Below, piece by piece: positions 51,801-64,000 of a DNA stretch of 64,000 nucleotides; position 1 is the first letter of the stretch; every line of letters starts with the position of its first letter. Origin of the DNA: Lama glama (Eukaryota); NCBI GenBank assembly GCA_028534125.1, contig CM052817.1, positions 79,734,001 to 79,798,000 on the forward strand, read 5' to 3'. The notes beneath the pieces are model-generated. The model searched no databases. It saw only the letters and a program-made list of their open reading frames with translations, and was not told the DNA's origin. Position numbers and translations under genes: made by a program.

Positions 51801-54789
51801 ACATGCTTAGACATACTAGAATTGCAAAATCAGTGTAGCATAAGGTACCAAGCCCACTTTGCTTTCCATGAATTTAAAGTTGAGGTGCTTAGTGGGATAG
51901 AAATGTAAGAACTCGAGGCAGCACTTAAAGCTGAAGCACTTCTCTGGTGTAGGTGGGCACAGTGGGTCTTCTTTTTCAGGATAGTCATTTGAGTAATCCC
52001 AAATGGTTATGCAGGCAAAACACATGTAGGCACCCATTGCCCCAGGAAAAGGGTGAAACAGTCTTAATATGGCCTGACCATAAAACATCTCTCAAGACCC
52101 CTTGATGTGCTGATTGCTGGAGAAGAGGGAGGTAAATTTGCATTGTTGCCAAGCAACCTGAGCGAAAGTAGGAAGGAATCCTTTTTAAATTCAGTTCATT
52201 TGAAAGTTTCTGATGGATTGCGATGGTTCTGAGATGTTCCTACAGTCTGAAAGGATAGCAGGGCCTAGGGCAGCGCACCATAAGGTATGAGGAGCCTGTT
52301 CTGTTGGATTCATGGGGCAAGGGAGATTTCTGTTCCACTTGGCTGAGGCTGGAAGGTTTCCCCAGGAGCCCCTCTGGCCTAGAGCTGAGCCTTTGGAACA
52401 AAGACTGTGAACGTGTGGACTGGCTGGCTCTCTCCTTAAAGCCAAGTGTGGCAGTACCTCAGCCTGTTCTGAAACAGCAAGAGCATCAGTTCACCAGGAG
52501 ACAACATCCACCGGCCTGTCTGGGACCCATGGCAGCAGCCAAAGCAAGAGTCTCTTCCACTTGGTGTGTGGAATCAAGACTGACCTTCTTGAACTAAGTA
52601 GGCACCTGATTTTTTTGATAGTTTATGTCAGTTGTAGGTGGAGGAAGTGGGGGAGGGCTCAAGATTGAGATACTGGACATGTAATAACTTGTAGGTGAGG
52701 CTAAAACAATTAACTACTAAAATGAGAGAACTATGACTTCTTTTGTGCCTCTGAAATGAGAAAGCCTGTTATATGGGTTATACACATAGAAGGAAAGTGC
52801 TCACTCACCTTCTGTTATAAGATTATTGTCCACTGTAAGTTAGGACTCAAATGAGGTTGCAGATTTATACTTTTAACTTTAAGTCCTAAAATACTAAGTA
52901 ATTCTGGTTTTTAAAAATAAAAGTTAATATGATTGTTTGCCCTACTTTGGTCTCTTTAATAAGCTGGGTCCATTCACACAGGTCTTTGGAATCAATCCAA
53001 ATTGTCTCCTCTTTGGCTGGTGCCACTCACTAGTTCTTGTCCTGTGATTCCTGGTTCTTTGATTTGAGTCCATCTCCAGGCCTCAGCTATCCTCGTCCAC
53101 CTGGCCCCCTTGGACTATTCTGGGCTAGATTTCCTAGTCTGGCAATACTTTTTCTAGCCAAGCCTTTGGCAAATGCCCATCTTTCTTCTACCCTCAGCTC
53201 CTGCTACTGAGCTGCCTCCCTATTAACGCAGGAGAATAAGCTGGAGCACTGGGAAATGCCAAAGAACTCACTCCGATGCCGTGTATCTCTTTGCTGTGCA
53301 CTAGTCTTTTGAGGTATTTCACAATCTGCTGCTTTACCTGTGGAATATGAGGATTAAACTAGATGGTCCTACTATGCATTGTGAATTAAGAAACACTATT
53401 TTCTGTGCTGGATGGTATTTGTAATAATTTTGAGATTCACATACAAAAACAAAAGTTTAATTTGAATCAAGTGTGAATTTTTGCCCTGGAGTATTCTCAG
53501 TGCATTCGTAGCTCTCAGTTTTTGACAGGCTCATGATTGATACAAAGTTTTTTTTTAAGTTAAACCCTTGGAAAAAAATGGATTTTTTTTTCAAAAAAGT
53601 GTATTTCCCCTTCTGAAGAGGGAAAGATGGAGGTTGATTAGAGAGTTGATATAATGGAAAGAAATGCTGAAATCCTGGTATTAATTTTACCTTAAAAATC
53701 TGGAGTTTTTATTCACACCAACTTGATAATATAAGCAAAAGCAATGGAGAAATTTGCCCAAGACTTGGTCTTCCCACCTTTATTCAAATTACTGTCTTTA
53801 TTACTTTCCATATCTTAACAAAGGAAAAACTGAAAGTAAAGGAGGTGTGTGCACCACAATGACTTCAGTCATACCTTCCATCACTGAAAATGAGAATGAG
53901 CAAGCAATTTGTTTTTCCACATTCAGAATCATATTAAAAAAAAAAAGAAAACCTCAATTTTTAATGGCATTAAGATTAGAAGCCATCAACGAAGGCAAGG
54001 AAGTTCACTGTAGAGGATATGAAATTCCATCTAAAAATCACAAACCCAAGAAAACATAGTCTACTGGTTTGATCATATCAGGAATCCCCTGCGCATACTC
54101 AAAAACAGTCTCTTTTCCCTGTAACAGATCTTTTTAGTCATGCAAAAAGATGTATCTCATGCACACAATCAAGAAGATTAAAATCAAATTCTTTTAAAGG
54201 TTTGTTAAGTTAGGACTGCTTGTACCTTTTTTTGATTTTCTTTTGACAAGAATTATCAACGACAAAAACTTTCTAAGATTTCAAACCTGAAAAGATTGTG
54301 TTTAACTTTTCTTTGGGCGGCAAGGAGGCTAGTCAGTAAAGACAGGTCTGCTTTTTATCGTTAGTGAAATCACAATGAGTAAACTGAAAGGAAGATTTGG
54401 TTGGGGTTTATGCAAACTCAGTTTCTTCCTCTCTACCCCTCTTCACTGCTCTGCCTGCAGAGAGATTTACCTTTGCATCTCTGTATTTCATCTGTTCGCT
54501 CTCAGGGCACTGCTAGTCAGTCCTGGGCAATTCTAGCATTTATGGTATGAAGTCTTTTATTGAACAAAGTCCACATTTCTTAGGATCAGCCTGTAAAAGC
54601 AGAGTCTCCAAATTGAAAAATATAACAAGACTCACTATTCCTTTAAACTGACATGTACAGCAGTCATTTGGAGCTATGTAGCCATAGCTGTCAAGAAATA
54701 TTTATTAGATATCCATTTATATTTAAAGCTGAGTGAAATAAAATGCACAGTGAATTCCATAGGCACAGTCTGACCCTTAGAAGCACGGT

Positions 54790-54990
54790 TGATAACAGTA
54801 GTGATGATAAGAGCAACTACCACTTGGTAGTCACCGTGTGCCAGGCACTTATACTCATTTCATCCCTACAGTCACTCTAATAATTAGATATTATTATGAC
54901 AGTTTTATAGAGGAAGAAACTGAGGTTAGGAAACATTAGGCAATTTGCCCAAGGCTGCATGGCATACACTGTTCTCTCTGAAGAGCACAC
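54790..54990. mobile_element. MIR fragment
   Basis: gtgtgccaggcact...tttatagaggaagaaactgagg...atttgcccaagg. Confidence 0.75.
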
Positions 54991-55269
54991 TACTGGATCA
55001 TATTTTCCTTGAGCATAAGTGAAGATTGAGCATGTAGGACTGGAGATAGCCTCTTCCCCACCTTTCTTTTTCTGTTTGCTGGATTATAAATATGAAAGTT
55101 CATGGAGTCCTTGGTTGGAGAGGGAAATAGAGAAAATGACAGAATTTCTTCTCCACTTCTCCACTGATTCTTGTCTCCTAGAAAGACTCCCTAGAGAGAA
55201 ATAAGGAGGAAGCAGATACTGAAGAAATAATGAAATATTTATATAGTTTTGCTGTTTTGGTTTTTTTTG

Positions 55270-56260
55270 AGGGGGAATTTACAAAAGAAATATATCCTGG
55301 TTAAAAATTCAAGCAGTACAAAAATAAAATAATCTCACCAGAAAAGATTGCTGTTAATGGTTTATGTATATTCATCTAGATTTTTTCTATGTATGAATAT
55401 ATAATTATTTAAATAGGATCATAATATACACATCATCATTTCATCTAATAATATGCTCTATAATTCTTTTTATATCTTTACTTCCTTTTTCCCCAGAACT
55501 TCTAGTATTTCATTGTATGACTATACCATAATTTATTTATCTAATATTTCTATTTGGATATTTAAATTTGTTTACAGACATTCTACAATAATATTTTTAT
55601 GCACACATCTTTGCAATATGTGCAAAGTAAATCCCTGGAAGTGGAATTGTCAGGTCAGAGGAAAGGCATATTAAAAATTTTAAGGACTATTGTCAGATGC
55701 CCTCCAGGAAGATGGTACCATTTTATATTTCCACTATCAGAGCAGGAGAGTGCCTATTTCCCTATACTTTTGCCAGTGCTGGATATTATTAATCTTTCAA
55801 CACATGCCAGTGTGATGGGTGAAAATTGTATCTTGTTATTTTGATTTGAATTTCTTTCATTGTTACTAAATTTCAGCATCTTTTCATATGTTTATTTGGC
55901 TACTTGTATTTTTCTTCTGTGAATTCCTAATTCTATCTTCTTTTTCTACTGGGAATTTAATGATTTCCTTATTGATTTTGATGAATTATTTGTATGTTAA
56001 GGATAGTTTAGCATTTGTCTGCTGTATGTATTGCAAATTTTGTTTCCTAATTTGTCTATTGTCCTCATTTTCTTCTTCTCTTCCTCTTTCCTTCTCTCTC
56101 TTTCCTATATAGATGTTTTAAATTTTTATGCCAAAAGTTTTTGTGACCTTTGGACTTCATATATTTATTAGAAAGGTCTTTAACAGTCCCAAGATTATGC
56201 AATTATCAATTCATGTTTTCTTCTAGTACCTTCATTTTTTTCATATTCAGATATTTGATC
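55270..56260 (-). mobile_element. Old L1 (L1ME-like) fragment
   Basis: gaagtggaattgtcaggtcagagg...gcatcttttcatatgtttatt. Confidence 0.7.
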
Positions 56261-56994
56261 TAACTTTAATTCAGTCAAATTTAGCTGGTAACCTAGGTTT
56301 TCAGGTAAAAATCATTTTCTTCAAAATGTCTACTTTTTAAATGTATGTATTTTTAATGTATGAGTCAAATAAAACAAACTTCGTGGCCAGATTTGGCCAT
56401 GGACTGCCAGTTTGTGACTCCTAGTTACAAAGATTCTCCATAAGAAATTAAATAAGACCAGACTGATTGTTTTGTTGCTGATGGATGAAAGGAGTAGATA
56501 TAGCATGTAACTAGAAGCAGGGAAAACTGTGTAACCACCTTTTTGAAGATAATGACCTTTAAGTTCTATCTCCTGAGGAAAATAACTTCTCTCTCAATTT
56601 CTTCATCTGCAAAATGGAGATAATAGGTTTCAGGAAGCATTTATTATATTTTGGCTTTGTATGGGGTCTGGCACATGGGATAAGTAATTAAATGGTAGTT
56701 ATTATGAGGGGTTCAAATGAATTACAGATATGATATCTACCATTCCCGTAGCCATCTTCATGACATGGTCCAAGCTTGTTTCAGAAAGAACTGACTCAAG
56801 TGGAGAGTCAGTTAAAGTCAAGTAGTGCTTATAGGTTCCCAGTTTGTGTATAATTTAGTGATGGACTCTGTAGGAGATATGGAAGAAGCATTAGACATAG
56901 TGTACTCTCAGGAAATCCCCAATTTGGTTAGAAAAAAATTAGATTTTCACTAATGAAAATTAAAACACAAATAAGGATGCTATAAATAAGTAAT

Positions 56995-57085
56995 ATATGT
57001 ATGTGTGTGTGTGAGTATGTATATGTGTGGGTGTGTGTATATATAATATTTATCATATATGTATATATATAAATATATATAATAT
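56995..57085. repeat. Compound (TG)/(TA) low-complexity tract
   Basis: Seen directly. Confidence 0.85.
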
Positions 57086-58516
57086 GTTTTAGTTCAAGGA
57101 GATTAAGTTGTAGGGGGATGGAACTGAAGGCCTTGACAAATGTGTAGGGTTTATATGTGCTGAGGAAAGGGCATTCCAGACTTGGGGGAAAACATGAACA
57201 AAGACATAAATATGGGATTACATGGGTCATTGTGCTCCACTGCAGATGGTGGAGGGGAGACAGGAAAGAGAGATAAATGGGGACAGAGAGGAAGGGTCAT
57301 GGCCCAGGGTAGAGTTGTGGGAATATCTGGGGGCAGACACATTGAACTCAATAAACAGAGACAATTGTGGACTGACTATTTTGGAGGGAGAGGAGCAAGA
57401 GTCTGTGACAGTGCAAAGTTTGGTAACAAGGGCTGATCAATAATTGGGAATTATGGGCATTCACACGGAAGTTGAAGTTATGGCTATGGATGAGAATGTA
57501 AAATTAATAATAGCATTTCTTGTCACTAACATAATCATATGTCACTAACATAAAATATGGTCTCAAGAGTCTTTATCTTATCATTTATGCTTATCTTATC
57601 ACTTAAATATTACAACTGTAGTAAGTTAGGTGCTATTATTCTCATTCTACAGATGAAAACACTGAGATATAGAGAGGTTAAGAAACTTGCTCTGGAAGAG
57701 AGAGATGTCCTCAATAACACTAAAGGGTCTGCCTCTTCAGGATCTTCTTTAGAAAAGCCACTCATGAAGTCAGTCCAGACAGGCCACATTTCAAAGGATA
57801 GACGCCAAGCTCCCACCATCTTTTGAATGCACCTTAGGACATAGGTCAAGATGAGGATGGGGTCATAGTGTCTTGGTGACATCTGTATCCTCACCATATG
57901 ATATATCCAACAACCTTTCAGAGGATTAGAAGTGTGAAACAACAAGGCTCACAGAACAGAGAAGTTCTATTCAAGTGAAAAATAGTTCATTTTTGACTCA
58001 GTGATTTTCTCTGGTCATTGAGTCATGATTGCTTAATGCTTCCAGGTGCTTCAGTAATTCCCTCTTTCCTTTTTTGACTATTAGGTACTTTCTCTCACTT
58101 TTCCTTTGCAGTTTTGGGGATTTTTCAGATTTTTATTTGCTACAAGGGAGAGAAACCCATTGATTTTTATAACTATATAAAATTTAGGTAAATCGAGTCA
58201 CAGAATAACCAAGAATTTTGTCCAGGAAAACAAAGTTAATCTCTCTTAGCCTTCTCTTACTACCCTAAGTGGGGTCCACTATTTTAACTCCATTTCTTTG
58301 TCCTATTTGTTCCTTTTAAACGATTATATTAATTTGTTATTTGTTTATTTCCTTTTTATTATTTGTTTTTCTTTATAGAAAAATTAAAAGCTCCTTAATT
58401 ACAGGGGCTTTCTATGTTAGTTCACTACCATACATCTAGCATCTGGTACCATTCCAGGAATACAGTAGGTTCTTCTGCATATTGCTTTCCATATGTTCCA
58501 AAAAGGAACTGCAATT

Positions 58517-58739
58517 TTTTTTTAAATTGAAGTACCATCATTTACAATGTGTCAATTTCTGGCATATAGTACAATGTCCCAGTCATGCATACATACGTAT
58601 ATTCATTTTCATATTTTTATTAAAGATTATTACAAGATATTGAACATAGTTCCCTGTGCTGTACAGCAGAAACTTTTAAAATCTATTTTTATATATAGCG
58701 ACTAACATCTGTAAATCTCAAACTCCCAAATTTATCCCT
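58517..58739 (-). mobile_element. 5'-truncated lineage-specific L1 3' end
   Basis: Poly-T then ttgaagtaccatcatttacaatgtgtcaatttctgg...; 8-bp TSD ctgcaatt at 58509-58516 and 58740-58747. Confidence 0.85.
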
Positions 58740-58761
58740 CTGCAATTCATTTTTGCTGGTC

Positions 58762-59138
58762 TTTTTTTTTTTTTTTTAGAGTATGGTCAGTTTTACAATG
58801 TTGTGTCAATTTCTGGTGTACAGCATAATGTTTCAGTCATACATATACATATATATATTTGTTTTCATATTCTTTTTCATTATAGGTAACTGTAAGATAT
58901 TGAATATAGTTCCCTGTGCTATACAAAAGAAACTTGTTGTATATCTATTTTATATATAGTAGTTAGTAACTGCAAATTTCGAACTCCCAATTTATCCCTT
59001 CCCACTCTCTTTCCTCCCTGGTAACCATAAGTTTTTTTTCCTATGTCTGTGAGTCTGTTTCTGTTTTGTAAATAAGTTCATTTGTGTCTTTGTTTTTTTT
59101 CAGATTCCACATATAAGTGATACCATATGGTATTTTTC
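58762..59138 (-). mobile_element. Second 5'-truncated L1 3' end of a related subfamily
   Basis: Poly-T (~17) then gtcagttttacaatgttgtgtcaatttctgg...gattccacatataagtgat. Confidence 0.88.
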
Positions 59139-59258
59139 TTTTTTTTAATTAATTTGGGGGGGGTTGATTGATTGATTTTAATGGAGGTACTGGGAATTGG
59201 ACCGAGGACCTTATGCATGCTAAGCAAGCACTCTACCACTGATCTGTAGTCTCCCCCC
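59139..59258 (-). mobile_element. tRNA-Ala(AGC)-derived SINE (camelid Vic-1-like)
   Basis: Minus strand GGGGGGAGACTACAGATCAGTGGTAGAGTGCTTGCTTAGCATGCATAAGGTCCTCGGTCCAATTCCCAGTACCTCCA, degenerate A and B boxes, then AT-rich/C-run/A tail. Confidence 0.85.
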
Positions 59259-59914
59259 GTAATTTTTACTAGTCATTTTTTGATAATAAAAGAACAGTTT
59301 GAGATCTGATTGCTATCAACAAGCTTGACTTTGAGAAAACAACCAAGTCTGGGTTGGTGATACAGGTAACTAAGACATACCTATGTGTCCTAGGCTAAAA
59401 TGGTCCCTAGGCTAAAATGTTAAAGTGTTCTGGTTAAGTAACAGATACTTGTATTGGTAATATTACAGTGATACTTCCGTATTCAGTTATGAAGGGACTG
59501 TGGCAAACTTTAGTGTGTTCAGAGGAAAACGACTAAGATGAGAAAGAGTCTGGAAACCACAGAGTTGTGGTAGAGGCTGTACAGAGGAAAGAGGAATGGA
59601 AGGTGAGGATTTTAATATCAGGTGGGGATAGAACTGTAAAAAAATGAAATGAGATGAACATCAAAGTGCTGTTATATGGAAGAGGTATTCGATTTGTTCT
59701 ACATTGTTCCAAAAGGAGAACTAAGACCAGAAAAACACGTATCAGGTCATCTTAAAGAAAAACTTGCACAGCTGTCCAAAAATAAAATAAACCTCTTTGT
59801 GCAGAACTAAACTTTTTGTGATGATAAATGTTCAAGCAAGACCAATAACATCTTCAAATATATTAGTGTGAAAATTCTTACACATAGTATACAAAATAAA
59901 CAATCAATTTATGT

Positions 59915-60056
59915 TGGTGAATAATTGCAATATGTAAAGTGATGGACTTGTTAATTAGCTTGATTGTGGTAATCATTCCACAATTTATGCATATGTCAAA
60001 ACATCACATCGTGCACCATAAATATACACGATTTTTATTTATAATTTGTCAATAAA
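59915..60056 (+). mobile_element. Short L1MA-like 3' end
   Basis: gtgatggacttgttaattagcttgattgtggtaatcatt...aaacatcacat...aataaa. Confidence 0.8.
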
Positions 60057-61779
60057 CCCAGAAAAATTCATATTTGGTAAATAAATGAGTGTATTACTGT
60101 GCAAGCTTAGACCAAATGTCCACAGACACTTAGAAGAATGCTGATACTCTTTGATGTGTCTAGTATCCAGTCTGTACCACGTGGGATATACAGAGAGAAA
60201 TCGGCCCTTGTTCTGTGCCTTAACAAAGGATTTTAGAGAAGGTTAAAAAATCCTGATCTGGTGTCGAAGTTTTCTTGGAGGAGTTGTATGAATTGGTCCT
60301 CAAAGATTAAGAAAAACAGAATAAAGAAGATGTGGCATTTTAGAGAATTAGTACAAAGGTCCAGATATAAAATTGAACACTACATAAGGGACAGTAAGCA
60401 CAGAAACTGATTAGAGTGATGCGTCCCCACTAGGGCAGCAGCTTATAGGAGCCAGACTGGGGAGTTTGAGTTTGATGCAAGGAACACGTGGAAGTTTTGT
60501 GAATTATTAAGCAAAGGAAGGATATCCTTAAAATATGTATGAGAAACGTTTACCTGATAGGTGCTCATCAGACAAAGCTGTGCATTTCAAACTGGGTGCA
60601 CTCCCTTCACATTCACACAACAGATTGTTCACTGAGAAATCATTTTACCTGAAGATTTTAGGGGAAAGATAATTTTACCTATAAGTAATTTAAGACATTA
60701 TTTTATATCAAACAAATATGACAAAACCTTAGACTTCAGAGAAATGACATTCTTCACATGTTGCAGAATGGATAGGTTCTATTCCAAGGGACTGCTGGCT
60801 CCCTTGGGCTCTCTGTGGTAGCTGGTCCTTAGACGGGGAAGTGTGAAGAGCCTACAAGAGTAAGTGAAAGAGCAGAAGACAGTGTCCAATTAATAAACAC
60901 TGAGAACGTGCTGCTCTGGACACTGTGCTAAGGGTTGGGGGCAGAGAGGTGAAGACTGGGCTGCCCTGAAAATAACTGTTCATCTGCTGGGGAGACAAGT
61001 ACAGAAACAGGTAACTTCAATATATATTGGAAACCAATAAAAAACCAACCCTGCACAGAATGGAGCCCTGGGTATGTTAGAGGAAACAACTAGAGAATAT
61101 AGTAGCAAACTGAACACAGACGCTAAAGGGGATGAAACAAAGATCAGACCAAGATTTCTGTCCTGGAAGGCCCAAAGAATGAAGCTACTGCTAACAGAAA
61201 AGATAGACATGTGATTAGGAGCCTAAAGTGGCGGCTGTTACTAAATAACTTGTTTAGTACAACTGAAAACTCATGCCTGGGAAGAAAATAGTACATGAAA
61301 AAGACAGACACCCACTTAAAGAACTTGTTTGCACCCACACTGTCTGACCTAACTCGGCAGCTCTCCCACCTACCTGTGTACGTGAGCTCATTTCCACCAA
61401 TGTTTCTAAGACCCAAGTTCTGATACTTTCCAATTTTTAACTTACCCTGCCTGTTGAGATGAAAACCAGTCAAAAACTCCAGAATAACCTTTTCAATAAA
61501 GAACCCAGAGCCCTGCAGCTCATGATAAGAATTAGAATAAAGACCTAATTTATAGAAATGGAATTATCTTGCTGAGATTGGCACTTGAACTATGAATGTG
61601 ACTTAGATTTCCAGTTTTTTCAAAGAAAAAATGGTAACAAACCCAAAATACAGTTTCTACCTTTCTTATAAAGCAGTGGTTTACGTTCATAAAATTGATT
61701 TGAAAACCAGTGGCACATTGTTAAATGAAGTCATTTGTTATTAATAATAGTTTTCAAGTAATAATCACAAGTAATTAAC

Positions 61780-62030
61780 TAGCTATTGCTACTAGCTAAC
61801 ATATATTGAATGTTTAGTACATACTAGGCACTCTTCTAGCTCAGCAATGGTGTAAGAGATGAATTCGTTTAATTGTCAACACAACCAAATTTGGTGGATA
61901 TCATTATTATCTGTTTTATGGATAAGATAAATGAAGCAGGGAAGTTGAAGATATTTGTCCGTAGTTAGAAAGTGACAGAAGCTGGATTGTTTAAGAACTC
62001 CACAGCTTAAATATTTAAACACTGTACTTC
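61780..62030. mobile_element. MIR fragment
   Basis: agctaacatatattgaatgttt...ctaggcact...attattatctgttttatggataaga. Confidence 0.6.
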
Positions 62031-62699
62031 CCTCCCTAGCAATACTAATAATCATTGCAAATTTTTTTTAAATGGTTATCCTTGTGTGGGTCTCTCATTA
62101 GACATTCCCTCGAGTAAAAGAGAGAGCGAACGAGCATGTTACATTGAGAACACCAGGACTTGCACCCCATCTCAGGTAAACCCATGGGAGTGTATGATGC
62201 CCAGGTACATAACCTGGATGTACATCTCAGTAGAAAAAAATGTTTCAGACTTCTGACATAGAAAATTAATTGATATTAAGTTAAACTCTACTCCATGCAG
62301 CATTTGCGAAAACTCAGGGAGCAACTTTTTATGTGTATTGCCAATAAACAGCAGCACGTGCCACGTTTCTGAGAAAACTTATCTTGCACCAACTTTACTT
62401 AGCTGGATATTTCAAGCTACCAGCAGATCACCCTCAGCAGTCAGTCCTTTAGGAGCTGCATCCAACCTGGTTTATGTACCTCCCAGATTTACTCAGCACC
62501 ATCTGCCCTCATGGGTTCTCACTGCTTGGTCAGTGGAGTGCCCTGGCCATCATTACAGTCACCCCATCACCTAATACCACGTGCTGTCACTACCGCCTCA
62601 AAGTAGTTGCCGGACTCTTTTGTCCAGGTAGTATCTGACTGGACCTACAGAGTCCAGTCCCATCACTCTGATCTCAAATGAAGCATCTTACTATAAAAC

Positions 62700-63080
62700 A
62701 TGGTAGCCAGCTTCTCCAGCAGCTGCCTGGACAAACCAGGGCTCTACAACCGAGAACTGCAGGGGAGTTAATCTTACATGTGGCAAACTTTGACCACTGA
62801 GGCACAAGAGGTAGAAAGGAATTGGCTGATAATTCCTCTCCTTGATGAACTGCTTCAAAGCACTGTGGTTCCAAAGAGCCTGTTTGAAATATATCCTTTG
62901 CAACTGAGCAGTCAACTGTGTTTTCTTGTAAAACTGGCCAGCTTGCTAATGCAACAACTTGAATTTGCTTTCTCTTCTTTCTTGCCTCATGTTCTTTTCC
63001 CCTCACTTTTGCTGTCCTAAGATGTCACCACCTAAACTTTTCCTCAGGGTCTGTTTTCTGGGGAACTTGGGCTAAGTCAA
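62700..63080. mobile_element. ERVL LTR (LTR16/LTR33-like)
   Basis: ggcaaactttgaccactgag...ctcagggtctgttttctggggaacttgggctaag. Confidence 0.65.
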
Positions 63081-63309
63081 ACTAATTATCCACTGTTTAA
63101 ATGGCTTTCTATCTTAAGCACACATGTACCTTCAGATAATCTCTCTCTTTTAAGAAACTTCCTGCTTCTGAAACTCTACTGTTTGTTGCATTTTTCTCTC
63201 TCAGCCATTCCCAAATTGTGGGGTATAGAAGTTATGAAGATGATATAAAAATTTTTGAGCTAGCTGGGTAATGAATGAAGTTTAGGAAACCTTAAAAGCC
63301 TTTAAAACC

Positions 63310-64000
63310 CTGTTACAATAGGAAATAGAAGTGGTGAAAGTGGACATCCTTGCTTTGTTTCAGATCTTAGGGGAAAGATATTAGATGTCAGTTTTTCATA
63401 ATTGTCTTTTATGAAGTATTTGTATATTTTATGAGGATTCCTACTTATCTGAGAGTTTTTATAATGAATCAGTGTTGAATTATGTCAAATGCTTTTTCTG
63501 TGCCTGTTGAGATAATCACATGATTTATCCCTTTGGTGTATTAATATGGTGATTTACATTAATTAATATTTTGAATATTAAACCAACCTTACATTCATAG
63601 GATAAACATCACTTGGTCATGATATATTATCATTTTTATACCTTGCTGGATTTGATTTATAAATGTTTTGTTCAAGGTTTTTGCATTTATGTTCATGAGG
63701 GATAGTGATCTATATTTTTTCTTTTCTTGTGATGTCTGTCTGATTTGGGTATCAGAGTAATACTGGCCTTGTAAGATGAGTTTAGAAGTGTCCCCACCTC
63801 CTCAATTTTCTGACAGAGATTCTATTAAATGATTAATAGAATTCTCTAGTGAAGAAATTGGGCTTAAAATTTTCTTTAAGGGAGGTTTATAATTGTGAAT
63901 TCAATTTCTTTAATAGATACAGGGCTACTCAGTTTCCTGTTTCTTTTTGCAAGGATTTTAGTGATTTGTGATTTTCAAGGAAGTTATCGATTTCATCTGG
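63310..64000 (-). mobile_element. L1 ORF2 fragment running off the window end
   Basis: gtgaaagtggacatccttg...gtgttgaattatgtcaaatgctttttctg...gttcatgagggata. Confidence 0.85.

Noticed and set aside
59182..59258. Possible tRNA-Ala gene
   Set aside because: A and B boxes and stems are degenerate and it carries a SINE tail, so it is called a SINE
43200..63300. IL21 exons, a second cytokine or a processed pseudogene among the 60-116 aa ORFs
   Set aside because: No recognisable protein similarity or coherent exon chain; lengths fit chance ORFs. A lncRNA cannot be excluded from sequence alone
1..64000. CRISPR-like arrays, foreign or prokaryotic DNA, or a novel multi-gene system
   Set aside because: No regularly spaced repeats, long ORFs or compositional anomaly; the window is explained by IL2 plus mammalian repeats and unique intergenic DNA

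Overview
Mammalian genomic DNA, almost certainly camelid (camel/llama/alpaca), judged from the IL-2 protein and a tRNA-Ala-derived Vic-1-like SINE. The only gene is IL2 on the minus strand: 4 exons, CDS 25414->20953, 154 aa, with its full proximal promoter (TATA, NFAT, Oct, CD28RE/AP-1, NF-kB, ARRE-2, ZIP) and an AU-rich 3'UTR. The rest is intergenic and dominated by decayed retroelements: a ~7.2 kb full-length L1, many L1 fragments, an ERVL-like provirus relic just downstream of IL2, solo LTRs, MIR and L2. I found no evidence for a new gene system. The most unusual signals are (i) three short direct duplications (45-105 bp, copies 0.7-1.15 kb apart), two of which appear to overwrite part of an older repeat and one of which carries T-cell factor motifs; (ii) a possible SINE-L1 chimeric retrocopy inside one target-site duplication; (iii) a near-consensus CTCF site in an L1 5'UTR; (iv) a weak AAG acceptor on IL2 exon 3. 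Repeat family names come from recognition of consensus motifs, not from a database search, and repeat boundaries are approximate unless a TSD is cited.
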